Source: Azolla caroliniana
Taxonomy: Eukaryota; Plantae; Polypodiophyta
Assembly (NCBI GenBank): GCA_043228905.1
Contig: JBHGNT010000002.1
Span: 14,880,001 to 14,944,000 of the forward strand
Direction of reading: 5' to 3'
Length of the DNA stretch: 64,000 bases
The translations under genes and the position numbers were made by a program. Shown piece after piece: positions 1 through 12,264 of the stretch (position 1 is the first letter of the stretch; each line of letters starts with the position of its first letter). The notes under the pieces are model-generated. The model was not told the DNA's origin. It did not search any database and saw nothing but the letters and a program-made list of their open reading frames with translations.

Positions 1-410
1 GGAATTTGAGTTTGCTTCTCAACGACCCCACATATATATGTGTGAACGAGCTCTAGGGGTTGCCGTACAGTCGCATAGTGGAGAGAGTGCAGACTTCAGG
101 TTTGTTTCCTGTATAGACAATGCTCGCAGAAGTCCGTCTTTGCTTGGAGTTTCGGAATATAGCCAACCGCCATCAGCCGATCGTGTCTGGCTTGTGACAT
201 ATGGCCGAGTTGGCCATGCCATAAGTTCGGGTCAATCTTTTTGGATACGTTCACGTCCCCTTTTGGATTGATCTCCATCATTGGATACAAATTATTGTAT
301 TTTTGTACGTTCCCAATGGCAAAATAGAGCCGACCGGCTTCGTTTCTGACATGTTGAATCTCTTCGAGATCTTTGTCACATATTTCTTTTGTGACAGCCA
401 CAACACTTTC
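1..410 (-). pseudogene. Ty1/copia GAG-pre-integrase/integrase N-terminal fragment
   Basis: ORF 96..401 has LWHGQLGHMS...FCEHC (HHCC region). The DNA resembles 36130-36420 of the copia element at 32722-38014. Confidence 0.8.
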
Positions 411-512
411 TTAGTTCTACCTCGAACTTTGTACATCCCCAAGATCTGTTTAGCCAGTCCAAGACAACTTGCCTAGTGGTTTCTTAAAGCTCACGATCCT
501 CTTTGTGTCTTG

Positions 513-1148
513 TCAGGTTATCAACATGTCATCCACATATAAAAAGAGAATCAAGAAGTCACCTTCATCGTACCTTTTTACAAACACACAGTGATCTACT
601 TGTGTTTTGTGGAACCCATGTTCTAAAATGAAGGACTTAAACTTCTTGTACCATTGGCATGGAGCTTGTTTCAACCCATACACGCTTTTCTTTAGTCGAT
701 ACATCAGGTTCTCTTTCCCCTTCTCCACAAAGCCTTCGGGTTGTTGCATGTAGATCTCTTCATTAAGCTCCCCGTGCAAGAATGGTTTCCTGGCATCCAA
801 TTGTTCGATCTCCAGATCCATATTCACAGCTATGCTCAGAATAGTTTGGATGGATGTCATCTTCACGATTGGTGCAAAAATCTCGTCAAATTCGACACCC
901 TTTTTCTGTTGAAACCCCTTCACCACAATGCAGGCTTTATATCTGGGTGCACTATCTGCGTCTCTGGTCTTCACCTTGTAGACGCATTTATTTCTGAGTG
1001 CCATCTTACGTTTCGGTAACTCCACCAGCTCATAGGTGTAATCTACATGCAAGGTGTCCATCTGGTCTTGCATTGCACTCAGCCATTTTTCTTTGTGCTC
1101 ATTAGCTATGGCTTCTTCATAGCACTCAAGTTCACCTTCATCAGTCAA
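513..1148 (-). pseudogene. copia reverse transcriptase fragment
   Basis: YKACIVVKGFQQKKG, LKKSVYGLKQAP and YVDDML motifs. Confidence 0.9.
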
Positions 1149-1354
1149 GAGGATGTATTGACTGCATATGTAGTCGGTGCTCTTCTTTCTCTGAGTGGGT
1201 ATCTCCTTCTACCTGTTGTTGGCTCTAGTTCGGATATCCCTGCCAACTCTTCTCTTGGCTCTAGGTGTAATCTACATGCAAGGTGTCCATCTCGTCTTGC
1301 ATTGCACTCAACCATTTTTCTTTGTACTCATTGGCTATGGCTTCTTCATATCAC

Positions 1355-1715
1355 TGTTAGGAACAATACTAAGACAGAGAAGGAATTAGTACTAAATGAA
1401 GGATTAGTACTATGAGAGGTGTAGAACTTCTTTAAGAGAAGGAAGAAGTGAGCGAGACGGAGAGAAAGAGAGAGAGGGAGAGAGGGAGAGAGTGATGATA
1501 AGAAAGATATGTATTATGTGAAGAGAATATACAATGGTGGCTAAAAGGCTTAAGACTAGCGTTGAACCAATTTGGTTCAACATAATGCCTAGTGCCCTCT
1601 TTTATAGTGTTTTCAGGAGTAATCCTGAAGCTTCTAGAATGTTCCAGAGAAAATGGTCAAGATCTTGACCCATATAACCTAAGGTCATGGGTTCGAGTCT
1701 TTCCATATCATGACA
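1355..1715 (-). repeat. 3' LTR of the chromovirus (about 70 bp deleted relative to the 5' LTR)
   Basis: Direct repeat of 6801-7235. Confidence 0.95.
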
Positions 1716-2034
1716 CTATCCCCCCTTTAAAACGACGAGTGTCACGAGTCGTCTTGGATTGAGGACCCGGTTTGTGTGGATATTGACGATGGAAGTCTTC
1801 AAGAAGAGCACGAGCATTGGTCACATTCTCAATCTGTTCCCAAGTACGTTCGTTGGGACTATAGCCTAGCCAATCGATTAGATAGTAGATCTTGTTACGA
1901 ACAATCTTGGAATCAAGGATGGCGGAAACCTCGTACTCCGGCCCATCTTCAAGCTCGATCGAGGGTGGAGGTTGTATAAGACGTCCTGGGATGGTGCTCT
2001 CGTGATAGGGTTCGAGGAGAGAACTATGAAACAC
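1708..2034 (-). pseudogene. Integrase C-terminus with chromodomain
   Basis: EYEVSAILDSKIVRNKIYYLIDWLGYSPNERTWE is a typical chromodomain. It is preceded by a GPY/F-region (cctttccgt on the minus strand). Confidence 0.9.
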
Positions 2035-2481
2035 CGGATGTATCCGAAGTTGAGGAGGTAGATCGAGACGAAAAGCGACATCATTAATCTTTCCGATAAT
2101 ACGGAAAGGACCTAATCACCGATAATCCAACTTCTCACATGGGGGAGTAGTCTTGATGTGCTATCGTAGCAGCCACACCCGATCTCCAATATTAAAATTG
2201 GATGGAAGTCGATGACGATCCGCGTAGACCTTGTGTGTTTGTTGAGCTTGCTGGAGATGAGTAGATAAATCCGCTTGTATCTTGCGTAACTACTCCAAAC
2301 GATCCTCCGCGCACGGATTTGTGGACACCTCTGGGGTTTCAAGTACACTCCACTAGGGGTGACATCCCGTATAAGCATAAAATGGCATAACTTTAGTGGA
2401 TGCATGGATAGAGTTGTTATAGGCAAATTCGGCAAAGTGGAGAATATCTGCCCAGTCATCTTGATGATAGCTGAGAAAGCA

Positions 2482-2822
2482 CCCGAAACTCTAGAAGAAT
2501 CCTTTCCATTCTTTGGCTATGTTTGGAAAGACAAAAACAAGATGACCACAATTCAGGGTATCCATCTAATACTACTGGGTCTCGGTGCCTTTTTATTAGT
2601 GTTCAAAGCACTTTATTTCGGAGGTTTGTATGATACATGGGCACCCGGGGGCGGGGACGTGAGAAAGATTACCAATCCTACCCTAAGTCCAAGTGTAATC
2701 TTTGGTTATCTACTAAAATCTCCTTTTGGTGGGGAAGGTTGGATTGTAAACGTAGATAACCTTGAAGATATTATTGGGGGACATGTCTAGTTGGGATCTA
2801 TCTGTATTTTCGGGGGAATTTG
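2482..2822 (+). pseudogene. psbC: Nuclear plastid DNA insertion (NUPT): photosystem II CP43 fragment
   Basis: [23 protein letters not shown]...[15 protein letters not shown]...GGEGWIV...IIGGHV*LGSICIFGGI matches CP43; TAG stands in place of a Trp codon. Confidence 0.95.
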
Positions 2823-3530
2823 TGGGTGGTAGCTGGAGGAGAGGTTACAAGTGACCTTGAGCATATTAAAAAGGTGCTTCCAGAATTCTGACACGAACTG
2901 GGCTCCACGGTTGCTGATGATACTATCGGGAAGTCCATGATGCCGACATACTTCACGCATGACAATTTCGGCAGTGTCTTCACTGGAGATCTCCTTAGTA
3001 CATGGCAAGAAATGAGCCATCTTCGTATATCGATCGACCACCGTTAGAATCGCATTGAACCCCTTAGAGACTGGAAGATCTGTGATGAAGTCTAGAGCAA
3101 TGGATTGCCACGGCTTGCTTGGAATTGGTAATGGTTCTAATAAACCATATGGATGATGCCTTGGCATTTTCGCTCTGCAGCATGTATCACAAGTCCGAAC
3201 AAAATCCTCAACAAATTGTTGCATACAGGGCCACCAGAATGATCGTTGTACTAAATCTAATGTTTTAGTACTACCAAAATGCCCAACTATATATGTGTCA
3301 TGACAGTTTTGTACTACTTGAAGGTAGCAAGAACCATTAGGAACATACAAAAGTTCTTTAAAGAAGAGTAATCCATCATGGTATTTGAATTGTTGATAGT
3401 CCGTACCTGGTGGTTGCGACTGTGAACACGACGCTCGAGAGGGATCAATTTGTGCTAGTATAGCTTGGGCGAACGCATCTGTCTTCAAGTCTTCACATAT
3501 GGTATCGATAACGCAGGAATCCATGGGCAT
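2823..3530 (-). pseudogene. Gypsy integrase zinc finger and core, truncated by the NUPT
   Basis: CHD...GHFG...CDTC, PWQSIALDFITDLP, SSSYHPQ. Confidence 0.92.
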
Positions 3531-3548
3531 GTCAAAGATCTGTGTTGC

Positions 3549-5080
3549 TTATAGTCGTGTCGGTCCCAAAATGACTTGTTTTTGGTTATCGAAAGCTGGC
3601 TCGCCGGGACGGGGTGCTAGATACGAACGCTGTGATAATGCATCTGCCTTCCCTTGGTGCTTCCCCGAACGATATGTAATTTTGAAGTCGAAACGCGTGA
3701 GGAAGTGGGCCCACCAAGCTTGACGTCGATTCAATACACGAGCATCCTGAAAGTAGGCAAGATTCTTGTGGTCACTAAATATGGTCACTAGATGAGAGGA
3801 TCCCTCCAGAAAATGCCTCCATTGCATAAAAGAATCCACTATTGCCAATAGATCCTTATCATGAATTTCGTAGTTGATTTTGGCGGCGTCAAACTTGCGT
3901 GAGTGAAAAGCCACAAGATGTAGCTTCTCATCATTCCCCTGTTGTGACAGAATGCTCCCCAATGCAAAATCCGATGTGTCAACTTCGATAACGAATGGTT
4001 TTTCCGGATCTACATGAGCTAGTATTGGAGCCGATGTAAATGCCTTTTTAAGACTCTCGAAAGCCATGTCCGTTTCTTCAGACCAGATGAACGGTTGTCC
4101 CTTCCTAGTAAGTTGTGTGAGAGGTAGAACGATCTTTGAGTAATCTTGTATGAACTTCTGGTAAAAATTGGCAAAGCCTAGGAAGCATTGCACATCCCGC
4201 ACCGAACGTGGAGTCTGCCATTCTACCACCGTGTTGACCTTAGCTGGGTCCATGGAGATGCCTTCTGACAAAATGATGTAGCCGAGAAATTCCACTTGGT
4301 TGCACCCAAAACTACATTTTTCCAGCTTTGCATACAGACCATGTTCGCGAAGTCGTTTTAGTACTAATAGTACATGAGAATAATGTTCTTCTTTGGTCTT
4401 CGAATAAACTAGATCATCCAAATAGATGATCAAACAATCATCCAATAGATCTCGGAATATATCATTAGCCATGTGCTGGAAGACTGTCGGCGCATTAATG
4501 AGGCCGAAAGACATGACCGTATACTCGAAGTGTCCATATCTGGTGCAAAACGTGGTCTTCCATTCGTCTCCTGGTCGGATCCGTACGAGGTTATATGCTC
4601 CATGGAAGTCGATCTTCGTGAAGAACCTGGCACCATTAATCCATTCTAAAATACTTGAGATAAGGGGAAGAACATACCTATTCCTGATTGTAACCTTATT
4701 CAAGCCACAGTAATCTACAACGAGACAAAGTGATCAATCCTTTTTCTTGACGAAGAAAATGGGCGCGCTAGCTGGAGATTTCAAATGCCGAATGAAACCA
4801 TTTTCCAAATTCTCCTCTATATAGGCCCAAGGACTTCCAGCTCGGTTGGTGACAAATTGTAGATCGGTCCCCATGGCGGCTCTTTTCCTGGTTGTAAATC
4901 GATGGGGCAATCGTACGGTCGATGATGAGGAAGTGTGTTGTCTTGTACTTTATCGAACACATCGGCGTAATGACGATACTTCTCGGGAAGTTGAATGGTG
5001 GATTCTTCTTTAGTGGTGCTGGAGGGGTTTACTGATATTGCAAAGAGGAACATTTCCTCCTTGCGCCCTTCTTTACGCAA
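3549..5080 (-). pseudogene. Gypsy RT/RNase H
   Basis: FTKIDFHGAYNLVRI, IYLDD, DTSDFALGSIL, SDHKNL; frameshifted. Confidence 0.92.
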
Positions 5081-5548
5081 CTAAAATAGCGAAATGGTTG
5101 CCATCTTCTGAGTTGACCCTTGGGTTTGTCGACACCGGATTTCTCTTGTTCTCCAATCTATGTCTGGGTTATGTAACTCGAACCAGAGTAATCCTAAAAC
5201 TATAGGATGTTCTGGGATACTAATAATATTAAATGATACTACACATGCTAAGTTATCTAGGACAATATTAATGGGCTCTGACTCTTCTATGATATTTCCG
5301 GAAGCAATGGGACGTCCATCAATGACTACTACAGAGGCTGGAGACTGGAGTTTTCTTAGGGATATCTTATGAGCTTGAGCAAATTTCTTATCCATAAAGC
5401 AAGAGTTAGCTCCAGAATCTAGGAGTGCTAGGACATGTACTAGAGGGGTACTTTTAGTACTAACTATTACTTGGGCTACGAACACATCACTAACTTGCTT
5501 AGAGGGAATGGAACCACTAATGGGCTGCACAGATCTAGGGCTATCCAA
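5081..5548 (-). pseudogene. Gypsy aspartic protease
   Basis: ALLDSGANSCFM and IVLGLLWF motifs. Confidence 0.9.
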
Positions 5549-5739
5549 CCAAACGGCTCCTATTTTGGCTGGACTTAGTCGTTTAACTCTTCTTCTAACT
5601 GACTAAGGACATTAAATTTGTTCGCTAGATCTGGGATATTAGTACTATTAGGACTATCAGATATCCTTACTGAAATAGGCTCGGGTTTAGTACAATTAGA
5701 ACTAGCAACTATTTGGTTTACCTGTCTTCTTGGCCTATG

Positions 5740-6726
5740 GGGGGAATTTATTGCGATATGTCCTGGTCCACCGCAGTAAAGACATAGTCGATTTGTACGA
5801 CATCACTGCTTTTCTTCTTCGGATAATGGCCCTCGATGACGTGTAGTGTCAATCTCCATCGGAGTCGAAGTATTCGTTGGAGACGCATTATATGACTCCC
5901 TCGGAAAAGGTCTTGCTACCACTGAGGCATAGGTGGGCTCTGATCTTGCCCTTGGCATCTATAGTTGTCGTTCCGAACGTCGCTCAAAGAGGCGGTTGTC
6001 ACATCTCACCGCACGACCGATTGCTTCTGTTAAGGACTTTGGCTCTTCGGGGTAGGTCAAGAGTAAATCCTTGACGTCATTGTGTAAACCATATCGGAAT
6101 TGCTCCATCAATGCTTGATCATCCCAAGGGATATCGGCGGCGAGTAGGCGAAAATCTGCAGCGTATGCAGAGGCTGGACGGTCACCTTGGCATAATCGCC
6201 GAATTTTGTTGATTGCGGTCCTGATGCTGTCAGTATCTCCGAAACATGCTTTAAACTCACCTAGAAACTCTTCAAAATTATTGAGTAACGGAGATTCCTT
6301 TTCTAATATTGGAGCGAACCATGCCAATGCTGAGCCACTTAACAAAGTGCCTACTAAACCCACTCGTGATGCATCGGTGGGATATCGGGAAGGATGCATT
6401 TGAATAACTAATCGTACCTGGTTAAGGAACCCTCTAAACTACGATCGCGTTCCATCGAACTTCCTGGGAAGGCCAATCTTGGGTTCTTTATGAATCCCTT
6501 CTGTTCCGGACCCTTGTTGTTGCATCGCTACGATGGTTGCTTCGAGTTGTTGCACGCATAACGCAAGTTCCCCATGCTGTTGTTGCGTTTGCTGCTTTTC
6601 TAAGGAGATTTGCTGAAGATCCCCCAACAACTGTTGGTTTTCTTGTTCCAAAGCATGGAACTTCTCTTTGAAGCATTGAAATTCCAAGAAAACAGATTGA
6701 TATTCTTCAGCGCTAACAGTGGCCAT
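5740..6726 (-). pseudogene. Gypsy gag with zinc knuckle
   Basis: KEPKIGLPRKFDGTRS, LLSGSALAW, YAADFRLLA; CLYCGGPGH knuckle near 5750-5790. Confidence 0.88.
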
Positions 6727-6786
6727 GGGATGAAAGAAAAGAGGAATAAGAGATTAGTAGGAAATGAGAGAGACAGAAGGTAGGGG

Positions 6787-6798
6787 AAATTGGTTCAA
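6787..6798 (-). promoter_or_regulatory. Non-tRNA PBS, candidate self-priming site
   Basis: Minus strand TTGAACCAATTT, 2 nt after the LTR, is complementary to LTR 7019-7008 (AAATTGGTTCAA). Confidence 0.8.
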
Positions 6799-6800
6799 AC

Positions 6801-7235
6801 TGTTAGGAACAGTACTAAGACAGAGAAGGAATTAGTACTAAACGAAGGATTAGTACTATGAGAGGTGTAGAACTTCTTTAAGAGAAGGAAGAAGTGAGTG
6901 AGACGGAGAGAAAGAGAGAGATCGAGAGAGGGAGAGAGTGATGATAAGAAAGATATGTATTATGTGAAGAGAATATACAATGGTGGCTAAAAGGCTTAAG
7001 ACTGGCGTTGAACCAATTTGGTTCAACATAATACCTAGTGCCCTCTTTTATAGTGTTTTCAGGAGTAATCCTGAAGCTTCTAGAATGTTCTAGAAAATCT
7101 GGAATATACATTAATTTCCTATAATAAAATGTAAATGAAAATAATATCCTACGTATTACAATAGATGATCTAATGGTCAAGAGTTCGACCCATATAACCT
7201 AAGATCATGGGTTTGAGTCTTGCCATATCATGACA
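6801..7235 (-). repeat. 5' LTR of the chromovirus, TATAAAA at 7052-7046
   Basis: TG...CA termini, TSD, TATA box. Confidence 0.95.
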
Positions 7236-10200
7236 ATCACTCAGGTTCACCTTCATCAGTCAAGAGGATGTATTGACTACATACGTGGTCGGTGCTCTTC
7301 TTTCTCTGAGTGGGTATCTCCTTCTACTTGTTGTCGACTCTAGTTCGGATATCCCTACCGACCCTTCTCTTGGCTCAAATTCATACATGTCAATCGGTTG
7401 CCGAAGATTAGTCATCTTTGAATCTTATTTGTCGATAAATTTAATAGGTTCGCTACCTCCAACTCATCTAGTTAGTTGCTCCGAGTCGATCGACTCGGAT
7501 TCAGCTGTGCCAACTAGCTGTCTCCGAACATCCAATTGTGTTGGTTCACTTGGACTTAAGTCGGTAGTAGTGGGAGTTGACTGGGAAGTCGATTTCGACT
7601 TCTGTTGCTTCCAGTCCTCCATCGTCTTGTCTTCCAAGAAGACAACATCCCGACTCCTCACTACTTTCTTATCGACTAAGTCCCACAACTTGTAGTCGAA
7701 CTCGTCCTCTGAGTATCCCATGAATATGCATGGTTTCGACTTACTATCGAGCTTCGACCTTTATCCTTACCCACATGCATATACACTAAGCATCAACAAC
7801 CTCGGGTGTTGATAGGAGACATCCTTGCTTGTCCACACCCTCTATGGAACATCATCTTTCAATGGTATTGAGGAAGACCTGTTGATCAGATAAACAACTG
7901 TATACATAGCCTCAACGGAATACGATTTCGGTAGCCTGGCATGTGAGAACATGCTCCTTACTCTCTCCATAATCATTTGATTCATCCTCTCTGCAAGCCC
8001 ATTCAATTAAGGGGTCTTCGGTATAGTGTATTCGATTCGAATACCTTGGGCCTTGAAGTACTCCTCAAACTGCCCTTTATATTTGCCACCATTGTCGGTT
8101 CGAACAACCTTCAACTTCCGACCCGACACTCGTTTTGCCCTTGCCTAGAACTCCTTGAAGAACAATAGTACTTGGTCCTTCGACTTTAGTATGAAAACCC
8201 ATGTCTTCCAACTATAGTCGTCAATGAACGTCGCGAAGTATTGTCCACCTCGATGCGATGGAGCATCTACATAGCACATGTCGGTGTGCACTAGTTCTAG
8301 TGGCTCATCCCTTCTTCTCGGTGGCTTTGAATGGAATGTTGCTCTGTTCTGCTTTCCAACTAAGCAGTTGACACACTTCTCCAAGTGTAGTCCTTTCATT
8401 TCTGGGAGAAGTTCCTAGTCGGCCAGGATGTGCATTCCCTTTTCACTCATGTGGTCGAGTCACTTATGTCATAACTCACCTTTTGAGTCGGTTGCCACAT
8501 TCACTTCCGACTTGCATATTCGGGCATGCATCATATACAATGTGCCTTCTTTTTGTGCTCGGGCCACTATGAGGTTTCCACGGTAGAACTTCCACTTGCC
8601 GTTTCGACCATTGTAATCTTTGTCATCCAACCTTCCAGTCGATAACAGATTCAATATGATATCAGGGACATGTCGAACTTCTCTCAACATCAGTCGACAA
8701 GAAATCAACATCGTCATGCATACATTCCTATGCCAGTTATCTTGCACTTCCCATTATCTCCCATCTTTACATAGCCATGGTCCCAAGCTATGTAAGTCGA
8801 GAAGCACTCTCTCAACAGAGTGATATGGAAGGATGCACCGGAGTCGATCACCCAGGCACACTCTTCTCTTGCAAGATTTGTGCTTGCCTTCTCACAAATG
8901 AACAATTTCTCCTCTACACTCGTAGCTACGATTAATGTGCCCTTTTCATCAGGAATCTTCCTAGTTTCGACATTACTACCGACACTCTTGTCCAAGAAGA
9001 CTATGTCTCGACTCCCCACTACCTTCTTGTCGACTAAGTCCCACAGCCTATAGCCGAACTCGTCCTCTGAGTATCCGATGAATATGCATGGTTTCACCTT
9101 ACTTTTAAGCTTCGACCTTTAATCCTTAGCCACATGCATATATACCAAACATCTGAACACCCTCAGGTGTTAGTAGGAGACATCCTTGCCTATCCGCACC
9201 CTCTGTGGGACATCACCTTTCAATGGCACTAAGGGAGACCTGTTGATCAGATAAACACTATACACTTCTCCTCAAACCAATATGATTTTGGCAGCTTAGC
9301 ATGCGACAACATGCTCCTTACTCTCTCCATAATAATTAGATTCATCCTCTCTACAAGCCCGTTCAACTCAAGGGTCTTCGGCACTATGTATTAGATTTGA
9401 ATACCTTGGGCCCTTGCAGTATTCCTCGAACTGCCCTTTATATTTGCCACCATTATCGGTTCAAACAACCTTCAACTTCCGACCCGACTCTCTTTCTGCC
9501 CTCGCCTGGAACTCCTTGAAGAAAGACAGTAATTGGTCCTTTGACATTAGTACGAAAGCCCACAACTTCCGAATGTAGTCGTTGATGAATGTCATGAAGT
9601 ATTGTCCACCTCGATGCGATGGACCATCTACATAGTACACATCCATGTGTACTAGTTCCAATGGCACTTCTCTTCTTCTTAGTGGTCTTGAGTGGAATGT
9701 TGTCCTATTTTGCTTTTCGATTAACTAGTCGACACACTTCTCCAAGTGTACTCCTTTCACTTATGGGAGAAGTTCCTAGTTGGCCAGGATATGCATTCCT
9801 TTCTCACTCATGTGACCTAGTCTCTTATGCCATAACTCTCCACTTGAATCAACTGCCACATTTGCTTCCGACTTGCACAGTTGGGCATGCATAATATATA
9901 ATGTGCCCTCTTTTTGTGCTCCGGCCACTATGAGGTTTCCTCAGCAGAACTTCCACTTGTCATTTCAGAAGCTACCACTCTAGCCTTCGTCATCCAACCT
10001 TCCAGTCGATATCGGATTCAATTTGATAACGGGGACATGTCGAACTTCCCACATAGTCAGTTGACAACCTATCAACGTTGTCAGGCATGCACTTCCTATG
10101 TTGACTATCTTGATTTCCCCATTGTCTCTTACCTTTACATAGTCATGATCACCGGTTGTGGAAGTCGAGAAACACTCTCTCGATGGAGTTATGTGGAAAG

Positions 10201-11143
10201 ATGCACCTGAGCTGATTACCCAGGTACACTCTTCACTTGCAAGATTTGTGCTTTCCCACTCACAAATGAACAGTATCTCCTCAACACTTGTAGCTACGCT
10301 GATGTGCCCTTTTCTTCAAAAATCTTTAAGGGTTCGACATCCTTACTGGCACCTTTGTCCTTCTTGGGGTGGCGGCAATCCTTCTGGAAGTGACTAGGCT
10401 TTCCACAATAGAAACATGTGAGCTTACATCTTTACTTGGATCTAGCATGGTATTTGTCCCTTCTTTGTGGACTTCTTTGCATGTTCCTTCCTCTACCGGT
10501 ATGTTGAGTCAAATTTGACTCTAATTGGGACATGAAACCCTTGTCCTTCCTTCTTGTCTCCTCGTTCAGGATGCTTGTCTTTACAACTTGTAGAGAAAAT
10601 TTCTCTTCTTGAAACAAGGTGTTGAGAGTCACCACCAAATTCTCCCAGTTATATGGTAGGGTACACAATAGTAGAATGGCCTACATTGCATCCTCAATAG
10701 GAAACTTGGTTGCCGCAATTTGGTTTACATACCCCATGAATGGGCTTATGTGCTCCACAATGCTATCTCGGTTCTTGTATTTCAACCTCACAGTCTTTCT
10801 CATCAAAGATGTTTAGTTGAGGGCATTCTTCCTCTCATATAGACCTGACAGCTTCCGCCACATCTCATAGGCATTTGTGCCATTCGCCACATGCTGAAGG
10901 ACACTCACATCAACGCGCTGTTTGATGGTGGCCACCACCTTTCTGTTCAAAAGTTTGCATTTAGACTCTAATACCCCCATGGGTATTTCTACTCTATCGA
11001 TGGGCTCGTATAGGTCTTTGACTATGAGAAGGTCTTCCATATTTATCTTCCAGTCCACATAGTTCTGAGAGTTTAGAACTATCATACCTAGGAAGCCACT
11101 CACACCTCCTTCCATGCTTGCACCTCAAGCTTTGATACCATTT

Positions 11144-11896
11144 TGTTGGGAGTTCACCTTAAGATCTATGAGAAATACCAACTATGAAATACACAATAAC
11201 GCGGAAAATAGAAAATAACTAATGCATAGTACAAAGTGTTTAACGTGGAAACCCTAAACGGGGAAAAACCACAGGAGAACAAATCTTCCACTATACAATT
11301 GAGAATACAAGAATGGCTACAACTCTTCTTTGATGGTTAGAGGATAACCCCTTAGGGTTCTTGGCAGGTTCGCTAAACTCTACCACACGCACTCTCTACA
11401 CACTTCACTAACACACTTTCTACAGTGCTTCGTTATGTTCTACCCTATTCTCTCACTACTGTTACTACTCCTCTTTTTGCCCTAAGTGTATTTATTCTTA
11501 TACACTATATGGGCTATTTACATGCTACTATCATTCCTATTAATATACAAATAACAATAACAGTTAATAAGTTGATTGGTCGACTAGTGGATTCGACTAG
11601 CCAACGCTTATGTCGATTGTCCAGTTGACCCGATTGGTCCGCCTTGTCATCGACCATCTGGTTGGCCCGACTAGTCGATCATGTCTTCGACTTGGATCAC
11701 TTACTGTATTGTCGACTACTTGTCATCGACTCTCGACTCGACCAACTGGCTACTCCTTGTCTTTGATTCTCGGCTCTCGGTTGACCAGTCGGCTCCTCCC
11801 ATAGGAGGTACATGTTTCTAAGAAGTTCTTCTATCCGATCTATTTACCTTGTTTTTACTTTACTTTGATCTATTGATTAGTAATAGACTCTTAACA
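11144..11896 (-). repeat. 5' LTR of the copia element (right end approximate)
   Basis: Adjacent to the Met PBS; U5 motif (cgtggaaaccc...gggaaaaacca) shared with the LTRs at 29242 and 44337. Confidence 0.6.
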
Positions 11897-12264
11897 ATTC
11901 CTATTTTGAGTAATAGGAATATTATAACCAGTTAGTGTCAAAAACTTATTTATGAGCATTAAAGTACTTGTTAGTACTTCGGTCCGCCCACTGTGAAAGG
12001 GGCTTCTATCAAAGGTGCTCAATGAGTACATTATGATGTATAGAGTATAGAACATGGTTGTAATAGAGATATTGTGTGTTGTCTGCACACCATGTCTCCC
12101 TCTCTGTATACTTATTGAAGAGGAGGATAAGCCGATTGTCGTAGCAAGAGAAGAATGGCCAACCTAGATTGTCGAGCCGGAGCCTATGGAACAGGGGCAG
12201 AGCAACAAGGAGGAAACACATTCGCCATGAAGGGGGTTCGACGAGGAATTTACGGAAGTAGCGA

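Larger units (their letters stand above)
1355..7235 (-). mobile_element. Full-length Ty3/gypsy chromovirus (Tcn1/Tf1-like), inactivated
   Basis: LTRs 1355-1715 and 6801-7235 (TG...CA). TSD ATCAC at 1350-1354 and 7236-7240. PPT (ctatccccccttt on +) next to 1715. Domain order gag-PR-RT-RH-INT-chromodomain. Confidence 0.95.
411..11896 (-). mobile_element. Degenerate, 3'-truncated Ty1/copia element interrupted by a gypsy element
   Basis: gag 11115-10432, protease (WVIDSGASFHIT), integrase fragments, RT 513..1148 (LFLYVDDMLI). tRNA-Met PBS (tttgatacca) at 11131-11140. LTR starts TGTTGGG at 11144; its far end (~11896) is uncertain. Confidence 0.8.

Noticed and set aside
2359-2790. 143-aa ORF as a functional psbC or fusion gene
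   Set aside because: The N-terminus is antisense integrase, and the psbC part is an internal fragment ending in a nonsense mutation.
7165-7228. Functional tRNA gene
   Set aside because: No convincing acceptor stem and a weak T-stem; kept only as a tRNA-like LTR module.
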